From assembly GCA_004524535.1 (NCBI GenBank), contig SDNY01000001.1, positions 37,146-101,145 on the forward strand: a stretch of DNA of 64,000 nt, written 5' to 3'. Below are positions 20,142 to 30,190 of this stretch, one piece after another. The notes under the pieces were generated by a model, which saw nothing but the letters and a program-made list of their open reading frames with translations, had not been told where the DNA came from and made no database searches. Every line of letters begins with the position of its first letter. The first letter of the stretch is position 1. Both the position numbers and the translations under genes were made by a program. Origin of the DNA: Promethearchaeota archaeon (GTDB taxonomy: Archaea > Asgardarchaeota > Lokiarchaeia > Sigyniarchaeales > SOKP01).

Positions 20142-21038
20142 ATGATTAATAACGAAAAAGATAATATAAAATCTTTAATGATGCAAAAAAAGAAGGGGAA
20201 AGTTGTTAAACTTCTATTTAAACTTGCAGCAAATGTTAATGAAAACAATAAAATGGAATTCTACGATTTTTTCGGGGAATTGCTACATTATAATTGCGAT
20301 TATTTTACGGATTATGCATATTATCCTGTGATCCCGAAACTTAAAAAATACTTCATGGATAATCAATTATTAGAAATGGAGAAGTACCTAATAACTAAGT
20401 ATGCCTTGAGTTCTAAAGAAAATATCTTAGCTGCCTCTAATGCTGTTGCACTTATACATGAGGACAAAGTCGTTGGACGTGTGTATTTAACTAATATGAG
20501 AATGATTGCTGTTGGTCCATTGATAGAGAAAAAGAAAAGTGCAATGTCAATGACTCATGGGATAATTTTTGCGGCTATTGCATCAGGTAGAGATGCAAGA
20601 AGGAAGCGTATTCGAGAAGCTTTACGGCAAAATATAGATGAGGAGGATATATTATATTTTGGTCATCAAATACCCATTAATGAAACAACTAGAATCAAAA
20701 ATACTGGTGGTAAAATTGTATATGTAGCAAATCTTGAAATTGAGAAAAAGGGTAAGACGAGAATTAGAAGCTTCAAAATACAGGTTGTTCCAAAGCCAAT
20801 GAAAAAAGAGCCCGGCAAAGTTTTTAAAAGTAGAAGATTGCAATTCTTAAACACAGTTGAAGAGACACTACATTATTTAGAAAAAGGTTTCCCTGCTCAA
20901 ACTGGCGCACCTGTGAGTTCTTCTTCAACTATTACGCCTGATGCAAATAAAGGTTCATTTTGTCCATTTTGCGGTAAGGAAGTCAATAAAGATTTAAAAG
21001 TTTGTGAAAATTGTGGAAGTTCTATAGTAAAAGATTAA
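20142..21038 (+). CDS. Hypothetical protein with C-terminal zinc ribbon
   Basis: C-terminal FCPFCGKEV...VCENCGSSI. The central GRVYLTNMRMIAVG is faintly GRAM/PH-like, which is weak evidence. Confidence 0.45.
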   Translation: MINNEKDNIKSLMMQKKKGKVVKLLFKLAANVNENNKMEFYDFFGELLHYNCDYFTDYAYYPVIPKLKKYFMDNQLLEMEKYLITKYALSSKENILAASNAVALIHEDKVVGRVYLTNMRMIAVGPLIEKKKSAMSMTHGIIFAAIASGRDARRKRIREALRQNIDEEDILYFGHQIPINETTRIKNTGGKIVYVANLEIEKKGKTRIRSFKIQVVPKPMKKEPGKVFKSRRLQFLNTVEETLHYLEKGFPAQTGAPVSSSSTITPDANKGSFCPFCGKEVNKDLKVCENCGSSIVKD

Positions 21039-21102
21039 CCAATTTTCACAAAATAGAAAAAACCTTATATACTTTTTATAAAATCTTTTTTTTTTTTCAT
21101 TT

Positions 21103-22551
21103 TCATTTTGAAATGATTTCACGTAAAAATGGATCGTATCCTATAGTATCTTTTCTGCTGATTGCTTTGTCAATTACTTTTCTAAAAATTTTAAAGAAAA
21201 TATTTTCAAATCCCGCGCTAAAAACTTCCTTTTTCCATCTAAAATATGCAGGATGTCTAATCAATTTAAATATTGGCACGTTATTGGATTCAAAAACTTT
21301 CCTTCCAACGATTGCACTAGTAATTGAAATCATTTCAAGATAATTTTTATGTTTAATATAGTCTGGAGCGCATTCTCTCCTAATTTTTGCCCAACTAAGA
21401 AGATTAGATGGGGGGGTAAATCCCATTTTTATAGCATGGTCGTAAACTGCTGTTTTAGGATAAGGAAAAAGAATCTTTATTGAAAATTCGCAATTAGGGC
21501 TAATTTCTTTAATTTTCTTGATGATAGCTATTGTTTTTCTTATATCATTTTTAGTTTCACCTGGTATACCAATCATCCAGCTATAATCGGCAATTATATC
21601 TAAATCCTGAGTAATTTTGGCGCTATTAATTATATCTTTTATAGAAATGTTTTTATTCAAGATATTTAATACACGTTGAGAGCCTGATTCTGGTCCAAAA
21701 TACATTTGACTACATCCATGTTCTCTTGCTTCTTTAGCTAATTTATAATTTACTTGATCAACACGCAAATCCGCTTTCCATTTAATATCATGCTCTTTAA
21801 AGTAATTAAAAAGTTCTTTTATTCGGTTTAAATTTGCAAAGAAATTATCGTCATAAAAAGTAAATTTCTCAGCACCAAAATCCAATATTTTATCAAATTC
21901 TTTAAAACACTTCTCAGAAGACCATCCTCTCCAAACATTATTAAAAAGAGCATTATAGCAAAATGCACAGTTAAAAGGACAACCACGACTGGTAATTAGG
22001 TTGAAATTACCATTTTTTAAATATCGTATAGGATTTATTAAATGCCAAGGTACACTCAATTCATTTACTTCAGAATTCTTTAAAATTGTATTGTCAGGAT
22101 TATGAATAATTCTATTACCATTTTTTAGTGAAAGACCTTTTATTTGGGTTTTTTTTTTACCACTTACCAACTCATGATAAGATCTTTCACCTTCTCCTCG
22201 AATAACAAAATCTATTAAATTATTTCGCAGTGTTTGACCTGGAAGAATAGTCGAATGAATGCCTCCCCATACTATTTTAATTTTAGGAAAGTCTTTCTTT
22301 ATAGATTTACAAAATTTCAAAGCTTGAAAAATTTGTGGCCCTGTCATTACTGAAACGCCAATGTATTCAGGTTCATTAATGGAAATAGTATCCTTTACTT
22401 GATTAAGTGAGTCAAATCGTAAATCGAAGATTTTTACATCTATATTTCGTTTAATCAGATAATCAGTGATAAATAAAATAGAATAAGGAGGAGTAGGGAT
22501 TTGAGTCTTAGCAAATTCAAGCTGTGGATAAATTAAAATTGTATGCTTCAT
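21103..22551 (-). CDS. Cobalamin-binding (class B) radical SAM protein
   Basis: B12-like N-terminal domain, then TSRGCPFNCAFCYN and FGPESGSQR. Confidence 0.85.
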   Translation of the reverse strand: MKHTILIYPQLEFAKTQIPTPPYSILFITDYLIKRNIDVKIFDLRFDSLNQVKDTISINEPEYIGVSVMTGPQIFQALKFCKSIKKDFPKIKIVWGGIHSTILPGQTLRNNLIDFVIRGEGERSYHELVSGKKKTQIKGLSLKNGNRIIHNPDNTILKNSEVNELSVPWHLINPIRYLKNGNFNLITSRGCPFNCAFCYNALFNNVWRGWSSEKCFKEFDKILDFGAEKFTFYDDNFFANLNRIKELFNYFKEHDIKWKADLRVDQVNYKLAKEAREHGCSQMYFGPESGSQRVLNILNKNISIKDIINSAKITQDLDIIADYSWMIGIPGETKNDIRKTIAIIKKIKEISPNCEFSIKILFPYPKTAVYDHAIKMGFTPPSNLLSWAKIRRECAPDYIKHKNYLEMISITSAIVGRKVFESNNVPIFKLIRHPAYFRWKKEVFSAGFENIFFKIFRKVIDKAISRKDTIGYDPFLREIISK

Positions 22552-22622
22552 ACTAACTTTTTTAATTCAATTAAATTTCTTGACTATAAAAAAAAGATAA
22601 AAATAAAAGCAAAAAAAAGGAT

Positions 22623-23141
22623 TTATTCTATTTCAGCCCCACATGCACCGCAAAATGTTTCTATCCCATCCAGTTTCACACCACAATTTGGGCAAAACTT
22701 TTTCTCCCCGTTTGTAGTTGGGGGTTTTTCCAATGGAGCGGATTCTACTGGTTCTACTTCTATTTTTTGTGGTGGTGCAAATTGAGGTTCTGCACCATGC
22801 TTGATAGTAATCTCACTATAAATTATACTCCAAATTTTTAGTTCGGAGACCTTAATTCCGTGAGTTGGACAATTCAGGCGAATTAATGTCCACGGTCCTG
22901 ACACTCTTAAATTATGCACTGGTGCTTGTTGTCCACATTTTATACAACGGAAAACACCATCATGAAGAAGATGAGAAACAACATCTTTTCGCATTATAGG
23001 AATTTTAATTACTCTCCCTCCATGGGTTGGACATTTTTGTTTTATGATCATTTGAGTTCCTGCAAGTTTTACTAAATAAATAGAACCAAAACTACTACAC
23101 TTTGGACACTTAAACAACATAGAATAATCTGGTTCAGCCAT
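22623..23141 (-). CDS. Multi-zinc-ribbon protein with an internal duplication
   Basis: Two repeated modules (FKCPKCSS...CPTHGGRVIKI and FRCIKCGQ...CPTHGIKVSEL) plus a C-terminal FCPNCG...FCGACG ribbon. Confidence 0.55.
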   Translation of the reverse strand: MAEPDYSMLFKCPKCSSFGSIYLVKLAGTQMIIKQKCPTHGGRVIKIPIMRKDVVSHLLHDGVFRCIKCGQQAPVHNLRVSGPWTLIRLNCPTHGIKVSELKIWSIIYSEITIKHGAEPQFAPPQKIEVEPVESAPLEKPPTTNGEKKFCPNCGVKLDGIETFCGACGAEIE

Positions 23142-23260
23142 TAAAAATTCTCTCCATATTTAATTTATTATAATAAAAAGTAATAGATAATATTCCTTTA
23201 AATTTTTTATCACATAATAAAAATAAAATGATATAATAATTGGTCAAAAGAAAATTTGAA

Positions 23261-23389
23261 TTAATTAATTTCTTCCCCACAGACGCCACAGAATTTCTCG
23301 GACCCAACTAGACCTGTTCTACAACTTGGGCAAAATTTATATATATTGTTTTTATTAGATTTGTTTAATTCTATTACCTTCCGATACAT
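23261..23389 (-). CDS. Possible small zinc-ribbon protein (42 aa), absent from the ORF track
   Basis: Hand translation: MYRKVIELNKSNKNNIYKFCPSCRTGLVGSEKFCGVCGEEIN. It has the same FCxxCG module as other proteins in the window. Confidence 0.3.
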   Translation of the reverse strand: MYRKVIELNKSNKNNIYKFCPSCRTGLVGSEKFCGVCGEEIN

Positions 23390-23611
23390 ATACGACCATA
23401 AGGAATATGGAAAGATTAAATCCGGGAATCCAAAAAGACGAAATAAATTTGGTCTTAGAGGTTATTGATAAATTTATCAATTGGGATTTGTTATGTAGTT
23501 AATTTTTTTCATATCTCTTTTTTAATTTCGTAATACAAGAACAAAATATTATAAATAAGGAATAATTTATTAGATCCTTTTTTTATTACTTAATTGAGGT
23601 TATATAATAAT

Positions 23612-23893
23612 ATGATGAAAACGGATGCTATAAACGATTCAACGGAAAAAGCAGTGAAAAGCTTCGATAATATAAAAAAAGCTCTAAAAGGTTTGATGGA
23701 AATTGCAAGAATAAGTGCTCCAACCGAAAACGACCTTTATTTTAAATTAACCTTAGATAATATTGTCGTTCTGTATGGTAATATTATAGATTTAATTACA
23801 AACGATAGCGGGATAAAACAACTAAAGAAAAAGTTGCATGATTTAGAAATAAGCAAAAAAACTCCCCTTAAGTTTTTAGAAAGCAACGATTGA
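23612..23893 (+). CDS. Hypothetical small helical protein
   Basis: ORF only. I prefer the ATG at 23612 over the TTG at 23594. No motif recognised. Confidence 0.3.
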   Translation: MMKTDAINDSTEKAVKSFDNIKKALKGLMEIARISAPTENDLYFKLTLDNIVVLYGNIIDLITNDSGIKQLKKKLHDLEISKKTPLKFLESND

Positions 23894-23915
23894 AACGCAT
23901 TTTAAAAATACTTAT

Positions 23916-24542
23916 TTATTTCAAAACTTTTTTAGTTTCCATATACCAAAGGTACAAATCAAGTTCAGCCAAGTTAAACCCTAATCTTTCGGCTATATCT
24001 TTTAATAATTCCTCAATTTCCAAATATTTCTTTTTTGTCATTGTTTTTGGTTTTTCAATTAAACCATGTTTGACTAAGAGATCTATGATGTGAAAATCAA
24101 CAATCGCATAGTTATCAAATCCAATATTTCTTAAAAAATGGCTTGCTTCCTTATATCCTATTCCTTTTATATTACTAACAATCCATTCCCTCAGCATATT
24201 TCCGTTTTTATTAGACTTTATTCTTTTATTCAATTCTTCCTTATTACATCTCGCTTCAACGATGTATTTGGACCGTATATTAGGAAAACGATACCCAAGC
24301 TCTTTAAATTTATTCGTTAATTGATATTGTGAAAGATTTAAGAAATCATCTCCTATATTTTCATGAATTTCGATACATTTTTCTGCACTGCAGTTTGCTG
24401 TCATGATACAAAAACAGAGTTCTGTGAATATTTTATCTGAAGCTTTGTCTTTGATTTCTGAGAATTCGGCTATTCTTGTATTGACTAAATTATTTATTCC
24501 GCTTTTTTTCAGTTTTTCTAAAGAAGTCAATAACTCTTTCAT
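23916..24542 (-). CDS. ogg: N-glycosylase/DNA lyase, archaeal Ogg2-type 8-oxoguanine glycosylase
   Basis: About 208 aa with an HhH-GPD-type motif IKGIGYKEASHFLRNIGFDNYAIVDFH. Size and layout match archaeal Ogg proteins. Confidence 0.75.
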   Translation of the reverse strand: MKELLTSLEKLKKSGINNLVNTRIAEFSEIKDKASDKIFTELCFCIMTANCSAEKCIEIHENIGDDFLNLSQYQLTNKFKELGYRFPNIRSKYIVEARCNKEELNKRIKSNKNGNMLREWIVSNIKGIGYKEASHFLRNIGFDNYAIVDFHIIDLLVKHGLIEKPKTMTKKKYLEIEELLKDIAERLGFNLAELDLYLWYMETKKVLK

Positions 24543-24675
24543 TTTTTCTGGTAATTAATCATAATTTAAAATAAAAACTGTTTAATCATATAAGTCAAGA
24601 AATATATTTTCACGAAATAAATTTAATTGATTATATTTTATTTTATAATATATTTATTAAAAGGGATGAATTATA

Positions 24676-25683
24676 ATGAGTTCCCGAAAAAGTAAAGTAA
24701 TTGTCCTTGGTTCATTAGCTTTTGATTATATCATGAGTTTTGAAGAAAACATTTGCAATGCTGTATCTATGGATCATGAGAAAGGTGAATTTCAATCCAC
24801 GATAACAGCATGTGCCCGTATTAAACATTTTGGAGGCACAGCAGGAAATATAGCTTATAATCTGGGTCTTCTGAATATTGCTAGCGTAAGTTTAGTTGGT
24901 GCTGTAGGACCTGATTTTGACCAATTAGGGTATAAGGAACATATACAAAAATTTGAAAATATTAGTCTTGGAATTGAGGTTCATGAGGATTTATTTACTG
25001 CTGCGTGCTATATTGTGAATGATGTGAAAGCAAATCAGATGATAATTTTTCATGGTGGTGCTCTTGATAAATGCAAAGATATCGATTTAAATGAAAAAAT
25101 TGGAGATCCTCAAGAATATGCTTATGCAATAAATTCAACTCAGAGTGTGGAAGCTATGGAGTGTTTTTCAGATCAATTATTCTCATTAAGAATTCCCATG
25201 ATATTCGATCCTGGACAAGTAACTCCTTTATTTCCTAAGGACTTACTTATAGAGATAATAAAAAAATCGTATATTCTAATTGGAAATAAATATGAAATTA
25301 ATCAGATTACTAAAAAAACGGGAATGACAGAGGATGATCTAATCTCTCATGTCAAAGCGATTATTAGGACCAAAGGTGATGAAGGTTCAGAATTGATTTA
25401 TAAGGATGAATCGGACGCAATATTTAAAAATGAAATACCTATTTGTAAACCTGAAAAAGCTATTCAAGAAACAACAGGTGCGGGAGATGGATATAGGGCA
25501 GGTCTCTTATCTGGACTGATTTTGAACATGACTCTACTTGACTCTTGTCGATTAGGAGCGGTAATTGGATCATTTGTGATTGAAACTCAAGGAGCCCAAA
25601 CACAAAAATACACGATAAATAACGTACGGAAACGTTTCTTTAATGCGTATGGGTATATGCCTCAAGAATTAGAGGGTTTGTAA
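24676..25683 (+). CDS. PfkB-family carbohydrate/nucleoside kinase
   Basis: N-terminal GSLAFDY and FGGTAGN, and a C-terminal TGAGDGYRAGLLSG anion-hole motif. Confidence 0.8.
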   Translation: MSSRKSKVIVLGSLAFDYIMSFEENICNAVSMDHEKGEFQSTITACARIKHFGGTAGNIAYNLGLLNIASVSLVGAVGPDFDQLGYKEHIQKFENISLGIEVHEDLFTAACYIVNDVKANQMIIFHGGALDKCKDIDLNEKIGDPQEYAYAINSTQSVEAMECFSDQLFSLRIPMIFDPGQVTPLFPKDLLIEIIKKSYILIGNKYEINQITKKTGMTEDDLISHVKAIIRTKGDEGSELIYKDESDAIFKNEIPICKPEKAIQETTGAGDGYRAGLLSGLILNMTLLDSCRLGAVIGSFVIETQGAQTQKYTINNVRKRFFNAYGYMPQELEGL

Positions 25684-25724
25684 TGTTCTAATTTCCTGAG
25701 AGAAAAAATAGAAAAATCATAGTT

Positions 25725-25758
25725 AATTCTTTTAATCCATCAACTTTTAAAAAAGAAT
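25725..25758. terminator. Hairpin between convergent genes; copy A of a ~30-nt repeat
   Basis: attctttt (25726-25733) pairs with aaaagaat (25751-25758). It lies between the stop codons at 25683 (+) and 25773 (-). Confidence 0.3.
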
Positions 25759-25772
25759 AGATTTCAGGACAA

Positions 25773-26594
25773 TTATATGTCCCAAACTTCTGATTTTAAT
25801 AAGTGTTCGATGCGAGTTTTCCTTGGTCTGACAAATTTCGTTCGACCTTCTCTGCGTTCCAGTAATAGTGATTTTTCTAAAGTTATTGAATTTACCAACT
25901 GGACTTCTAAATCACCCTCATTAAGGATAATATGATTAAAGCTTGGACTTTCGTCTGCTCGAACTTTATCAGATGTAGACGTTCCACAATAAAGAAAAGT
26001 TGTTGGACCAATTACATAGGCATGTGGAATATGTTTATGTCCCATTATAACTAAATCAATTTTAAATAATAGGGCCAATTCGATTAATTCACCTGCATCC
26101 ACGAGTGTAGTTTGTTTACGACCGCTGTATGGTACGGCAATCGCATGGTGATGCATTGCAATAACTCTATTCTCATAATCTACATTCAGCATACGCCCTA
26201 AATAATCCAATTGTTCATCTCCAAGCTCTCCTACACTTAGATCATCCTTAGCGCTGCAGACTCCAACAATAATGGTTTTTTTCTTTTCAAGAACCAATTT
26301 CGACCTTCTAGGACCAATAAATTTCTCAAAAAAGATCATTCCATTATTTTTGGCATCATGATTCCCGGGAACCGCCAAAAAATTCTGCGTATGTTCTTTA
26401 ATTCTTTGTATATAAGGAACGATCTTTTGATATTGGGTAAAACGCCCTTTATGAACGATATCTCCCGTTAAGACCACGGCGTCTGGCTTATTATCTTTAA
26501 CATATTGAGCAACATTATCAAAATATGAATCCCTAAATTCAGATCCATAGTGTAAATCTGAGATTTGCAAGATCGACACCATATTATTTTTCAC
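25773..26594 (-). CDS. Calcineurin-like metallophosphoesterase
   Basis: ISDLHYG, LTGDIVHKG, PGNHD, MHHH and GHKHIPH motifs in canonical order. Confidence 0.8.
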   Translation of the reverse strand: MKNNMVSILQISDLHYGSEFRDSYFDNVAQYVKDNKPDAVVLTGDIVHKGRFTQYQKIVPYIQRIKEHTQNFLAVPGNHDAKNNGMIFFEKFIGPRRSKLVLEKKKTIIVGVCSAKDDLSVGELGDEQLDYLGRMLNVDYENRVIAMHHHAIAVPYSGRKQTTLVDAGELIELALLFKIDLVIMGHKHIPHAYVIGPTTFLYCGTSTSDKVRADESPSFNHIILNEGDLEVQLVNSITLEKSLLLERREGRTKFVRPRKTRIEHLLKSEVWDI

Positions 26595-27010
26595 CTAATC
26601 TGTAATTAATATTACTTAATATATCATTAAAATATAAAGTTATAAAACTTCTGCAATAATTATTGATTTTTCTTCTTTTTTTTTAAATTTCTTATTTCTC
26701 TAGAGAGGATTTATATATTATATTGCATTTTTTCATAAGGGATAATGTAAGAATTTTAGAATTTTAATAATAAATTCTTAGAAAAGGTTATGGGAAACAA
26801 ATTAAAAAATAATTTTAATTTAGATATTGAACTTAAAAAATTGAAGATTCCGCCAGACACTTATAATTCGAGCGGGACTCATGTTAATGAGCTTTCGCCA
26901 GAAGAAAAGAAAAAATGTCTTTCCATATTAAAAAATGAATTTATCCCAAACTAAATCTATAATTTTACCTCTTTATATAATAAAAAGGAAAAATTTCTTT
27001 CCTTATAGTA

Positions 27011-27048
27011 AATTCTTTTAATCCTTCAACTTTTAAAAAGGATTAAAA
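27011..27048. repeat. Copy B of the ~30-nt repeat, forming a perfect 10-bp hairpin just upstream of the 27072 start
   Basis: aattcttttaatccttcaacttttaaaaag nearly matches 25725..25755. ttttaatcct (27016-27025) pairs with aggattaaaa (27039-27048). Confidence 0.3.
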
Positions 27049-27071
27049 TAAATAATAATAATAAATAACTT

Positions 27072-27698
27072 ATGAGAAGTACTAAAGAATTCAGATTTAA
27101 ATGTACTAGATGTGGTAATTGTTGTACAGATAAAAGTACAATTGTAAACCTTACCTACTCAGATATATTAAGCATTAAGAAAGGATTAAATTTAATGCTC
27201 AATGAAACTTTAGAAATCCTTGGATTTTACACATATGATAAAGAACCTGCCGCTGAAGATCTTGAAAAGATGGTAATACCTCCAATAAGAACAGAAAAAG
27301 GATTAGCATTTGTAGGACTCCTAAAGAGAGATTCAGGAGCTTGTTATTTTTACGATGAAAAGAATGTAAAATGTAAAATTTACAATTTAAGACCAAATTT
27401 CTGTCGAACATTCCCATTTACATTTGAAATTTTTTTTAATAAGGCTGATAGAACTAAAGCCAAAATAAAAATGAGCTATACAGAAAAGGGAGAAGAATAT
27501 TGTCCTGGAATTTCTGCGGATATGCCTCTTATTAATGAAGAACAATGGATTCAATTGGGTAAAAAAACTATTGAAGATTTGAACGACAATAACATTTTCA
27601 TAAATAAGTGGAATGATGCAGTAAGAGGTGGTCAAATTACTCCTACTGTAAAAAATCTCCTATCAACAATTTTTAATTTAGAAAAAAAATTAAAATAA
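27072..27698 (+). CDS. YkgJ/UPF0153-type Cys-cluster (CxxCxxCC) protein
   Basis: CTRCGNCC at the N-terminus and a second cluster ACYFYDEKNVKCKIYNLRPNFCRTFPF. Confidence 0.65.
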   Translation: MRSTKEFRFKCTRCGNCCTDKSTIVNLTYSDILSIKKGLNLMLNETLEILGFYTYDKEPAAEDLEKMVIPPIRTEKGLAFVGLLKRDSGACYFYDEKNVKCKIYNLRPNFCRTFPFTFEIFFNKADRTKAKIKMSYTEKGEEYCPGISADMPLINEEQWIQLGKKTIEDLNDNNIFINKWNDAVRGGQITPTVKNLLSTIFNLEKKLK

Positions 27699-29333
27699 AG
27701 ACGCATTAGAAATTGTTTTGTAGCTTGCGCAGGCCAGCAAAGTCCAGAATAGCATACGCAGTTCTATAGTATATGCTAATTTATCGGTCTTCCAATTAAA
27801 TTCTTTTTTAAGATCTTCTGAATTAAAATACCTTACATTTTTTATAATATGAGTGAGTAAAATTTGACAAATTGTGTACTCGGCTTTTTTCAAATCCAGT
27901 AAATCTATAATTAATAGAGCTCTAGCTGAATCTGTTATTGTATCATTAATCATTCCATTCTGAGTTATCAATTTCTTTAATTTACTCATATATAACGATT
28001 TGAAATGACTTAGATTAGCTTTTTTATCAAGCAATTTTATACTGGCTAAATGTTCTAATATATCTAATACTGGATTATACTCTTTAATGTTTTCTGAATT
28101 AGATAAAATATCTAAACTTAAAATAGAATTTATAAGATTAGTTTTAAGTGCAATTATACCTCCACTTTTTTCTAATATTTTTAAGCATAAAATAGTAAAA
28201 AAATTAAGGTGAAGCTTCTCTGGTATAAAATCTTTTAATTCAGATTCAAGAAACCTTTGTATATCCGTTAGATCTACAAATTCAATATTATCATTATATA
28301 AGAGATTTAATTCTGAAAGTATTGCGAGACCGAAAAAATTATTAATTGGATCAGGAGTGGACTCTTTAGAAGCACGAAAAATCTTTCCATTTACGTATTT
28401 TCTAGCTATTTCAATAATTTGTTTTGCATTTAAGGATAATTCAATATTTAACATCCTCAAAATACTAATAAAATAGAAAAGATTTTCTAAATTGAGAAAT
28501 TCAAGGTTAGAATCTTTCGAATTTTTTAAATTAGCTATGTCGATGTTAAATTCATTAATTATATCCGAATTAATTGGTGAGAAACTTCCAATAGAATCAA
28601 GAAAAAGTTTTTGTTTTTGTGGTAGCTGAAAGTTTAATTTTTCAGGAATTACCTCTTGAATTGAGACTTTTGGTTTAGAAGGACCAACTTTAGACACTAT
28701 TCTTTTTTCCTCAAATTCCTTTAATTCCTCTGGAGTTGCTGATTTTATTACCATATCCCCCTTAATGATTTTCTCCTCTTTCTTGGTTAAATAATCTGAT
28801 GGCACGACTGAATTTTTTATTTCCTCCATACATTCTTTAATTGCCTCTCGAATATCTGAGGATGGTATTTTATTATGCTTGAATTTATTTAAACGATTGA
28901 TAAAACCACGAGGCAAAAGGTCAAAAAGATCTAAATTTTCCATTTTTTTCGTGTCTAAATCAATCAAATAATCAAATAAAATCTCAAAAAGAATTTGATC
29001 AATATAATCTTTTAAATCTCTTTCAAAATAGGAATTATAATCAGGATAATCATCTGGGTTTTTTTTTGTGAGCGTATTAAATTGTTTCATACTTTCTTCT
29101 AGTTTATTTTTTGGGACTCCAATTGTCATAAACGCTAATTTAATAGCGTTTAACATCGTTTCTATATTTGTTTTTCGAGTTTCTTCACTATCTTGCGATG
29201 GTTTTTTTTCTAAGTTAATTTCTTTTTCTGCCAAAATATCCTTAATATAATTAAAACTTCGAAAATAGAAATTAAAAATCTCATCCTTAAACAACTGAAT
29301 AAACTTTTCTAAGATTGGTGCTACTTCTTCCAT
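27690..29333 (-). CDS. Hypothetical large helical protein
   Basis: 547-aa ORF. The C-terminal half looks like repeated helical hairpins. No catalytic motif recognised. Overlaps the convergent gene by 9 nt. Confidence 0.45.
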   Translation of the reverse strand: MEEVAPILEKFIQLFKDEIFNFYFRSFNYIKDILAEKEINLEKKPSQDSEETRKTNIETMLNAIKLAFMTIGVPKNKLEESMKQFNTLTKKNPDDYPDYNSYFERDLKDYIDQILFEILFDYLIDLDTKKMENLDLFDLLPRGFINRLNKFKHNKIPSSDIREAIKECMEEIKNSVVPSDYLTKKEEKIIKGDMVIKSATPEELKEFEEKRIVSKVGPSKPKVSIQEVIPEKLNFQLPQKQKLFLDSIGSFSPINSDIINEFNIDIANLKNSKDSNLEFLNLENLFYFISILRMLNIELSLNAKQIIEIARKYVNGKIFRASKESTPDPINNFFGLAILSELNLLYNDNIEFVDLTDIQRFLESELKDFIPEKLHLNFFTILCLKILEKSGGIIALKTNLINSILSLDILSNSENIKEYNPVLDILEHLASIKLLDKKANLSHFKSLYMSKLKKLITQNGMINDTITDSARALLIIDLLDLKKAEYTICQILLTHIIKNVRYFNSEDLKKEFNWKTDKLAYTIELRMLFWTLLACASYKTISNASLF

Positions 29334-29411
29334 TTTTCAATTTATATCCTTATATTAATCTTATATCAATACTTACATTTATATTTATATCGAACAAAAT
29401 GGCAGTAATTT

Positions 29412-30149
29412 ATGAAAAGTTACTATTATAATAAAATTGCTAAGGATTATGATATAAAAAGAAAAAAGCCGTGGAAAGCGCTTGAAAACTTTTTATCATA
29501 TTTGGCAGAAAAAAATTATGCTTTTAAAGGATATTGTATCGATTTAGGATGTGCGAATGGAAGAAATTTTAAATTATTTAAAAACTCAAGTAATAAATTA
29601 ATTGGTATAGATAAATCTCTCGAATTTTTAAAAATTGCGCACGAAGAATTAAACAGGTCCACACATTATTCTAAAATCGATTCAAATAATATTCAACTAA
29701 TTCTTGGAGGGTTGAAACATATTCCAATCAGGAATAATTCCGTCCAAAATATCTTCTCAATTGCTACAATTCATCATATAAAAGGCAAAACCGAAAGGGA
29801 AAAAATTATAACCCATATATCTGATTTATTAAGCAAGGATGGTTATTTTTTACTAACAGTGTGGCGTAAATGGCAAAAAAAGTATAAGAAATACTTCATT
29901 TCTAATTTAATTAAAAGAATTTTCAATCCAAAATATAGAAAGCACCAAAATGAATTAAAATTATATGAATTTGGTGATAAATATGTACCTTGGACTATTT
30001 CTAAAGAAAAAAAGACTTACAATCGTTTCTATCATTTCTTTTCTAAGCGAGAAGTAAAAAGATTACTCAGAATTTTTAAAATTAAAGAGTTTTCAATAAG
30101 AGGGGGATCAACAAATAAAGATAATTTTTTTATATTAGCTAAAAAATAG
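29412..30149 (+). CDS. Class I SAM-dependent methyltransferase, Trm9/ALKBH8-MTase-like
   Basis: YNKIAKDYDIKRKKPW, motif I CIDLGCANGRN, IATIHHI, and GYFLLTVW followed by a basic tail. The layout resembles Trm9-type tRNA methyltransferases. Confidence 0.6.
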   Translation: MKSYYYNKIAKDYDIKRKKPWKALENFLSYLAEKNYAFKGYCIDLGCANGRNFKLFKNSSNKLIGIDKSLEFLKIAHEELNRSTHYSKIDSNNIQLILGGLKHIPIRNNSVQNIFSIATIHHIKGKTEREKIITHISDLLSKDGYFLLTVWRKWQKKYKKYFISNLIKRIFNPKYRKHQNELKLYEFGDKYVPWTISKEKKTYNRFYHFFSKREVKRLLRIFKIKEFSIRGGSTNKDNFFILAKK

Positions 30150-30190
30150 TGTTCTGAAAAAGAGTTCAATTACATTATAAAAATCTATTA

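Noticed and set aside
21011-21343. 110-aa plus-strand ORF overlapping the 3' end of the rSAM gene 21103..22551
   Set aside because: It is a shadow ORF. The minus-strand gene carries the CxxxCxxC cluster and full-length homology to its paralogues.
26790-26954. 54-aa plus-strand ORF (MGNKLKNNFNLDIELKKLKIPPDTYNSSGTHVNELSPEEKKKCLSILKNEFIPN) in the 477-nt intergenic region
   Set aside because: It has no recognisable motif or paralogue, and an ORF of this size arises easily by chance. It is left unannotated pending conservation or Ribo-seq evidence.
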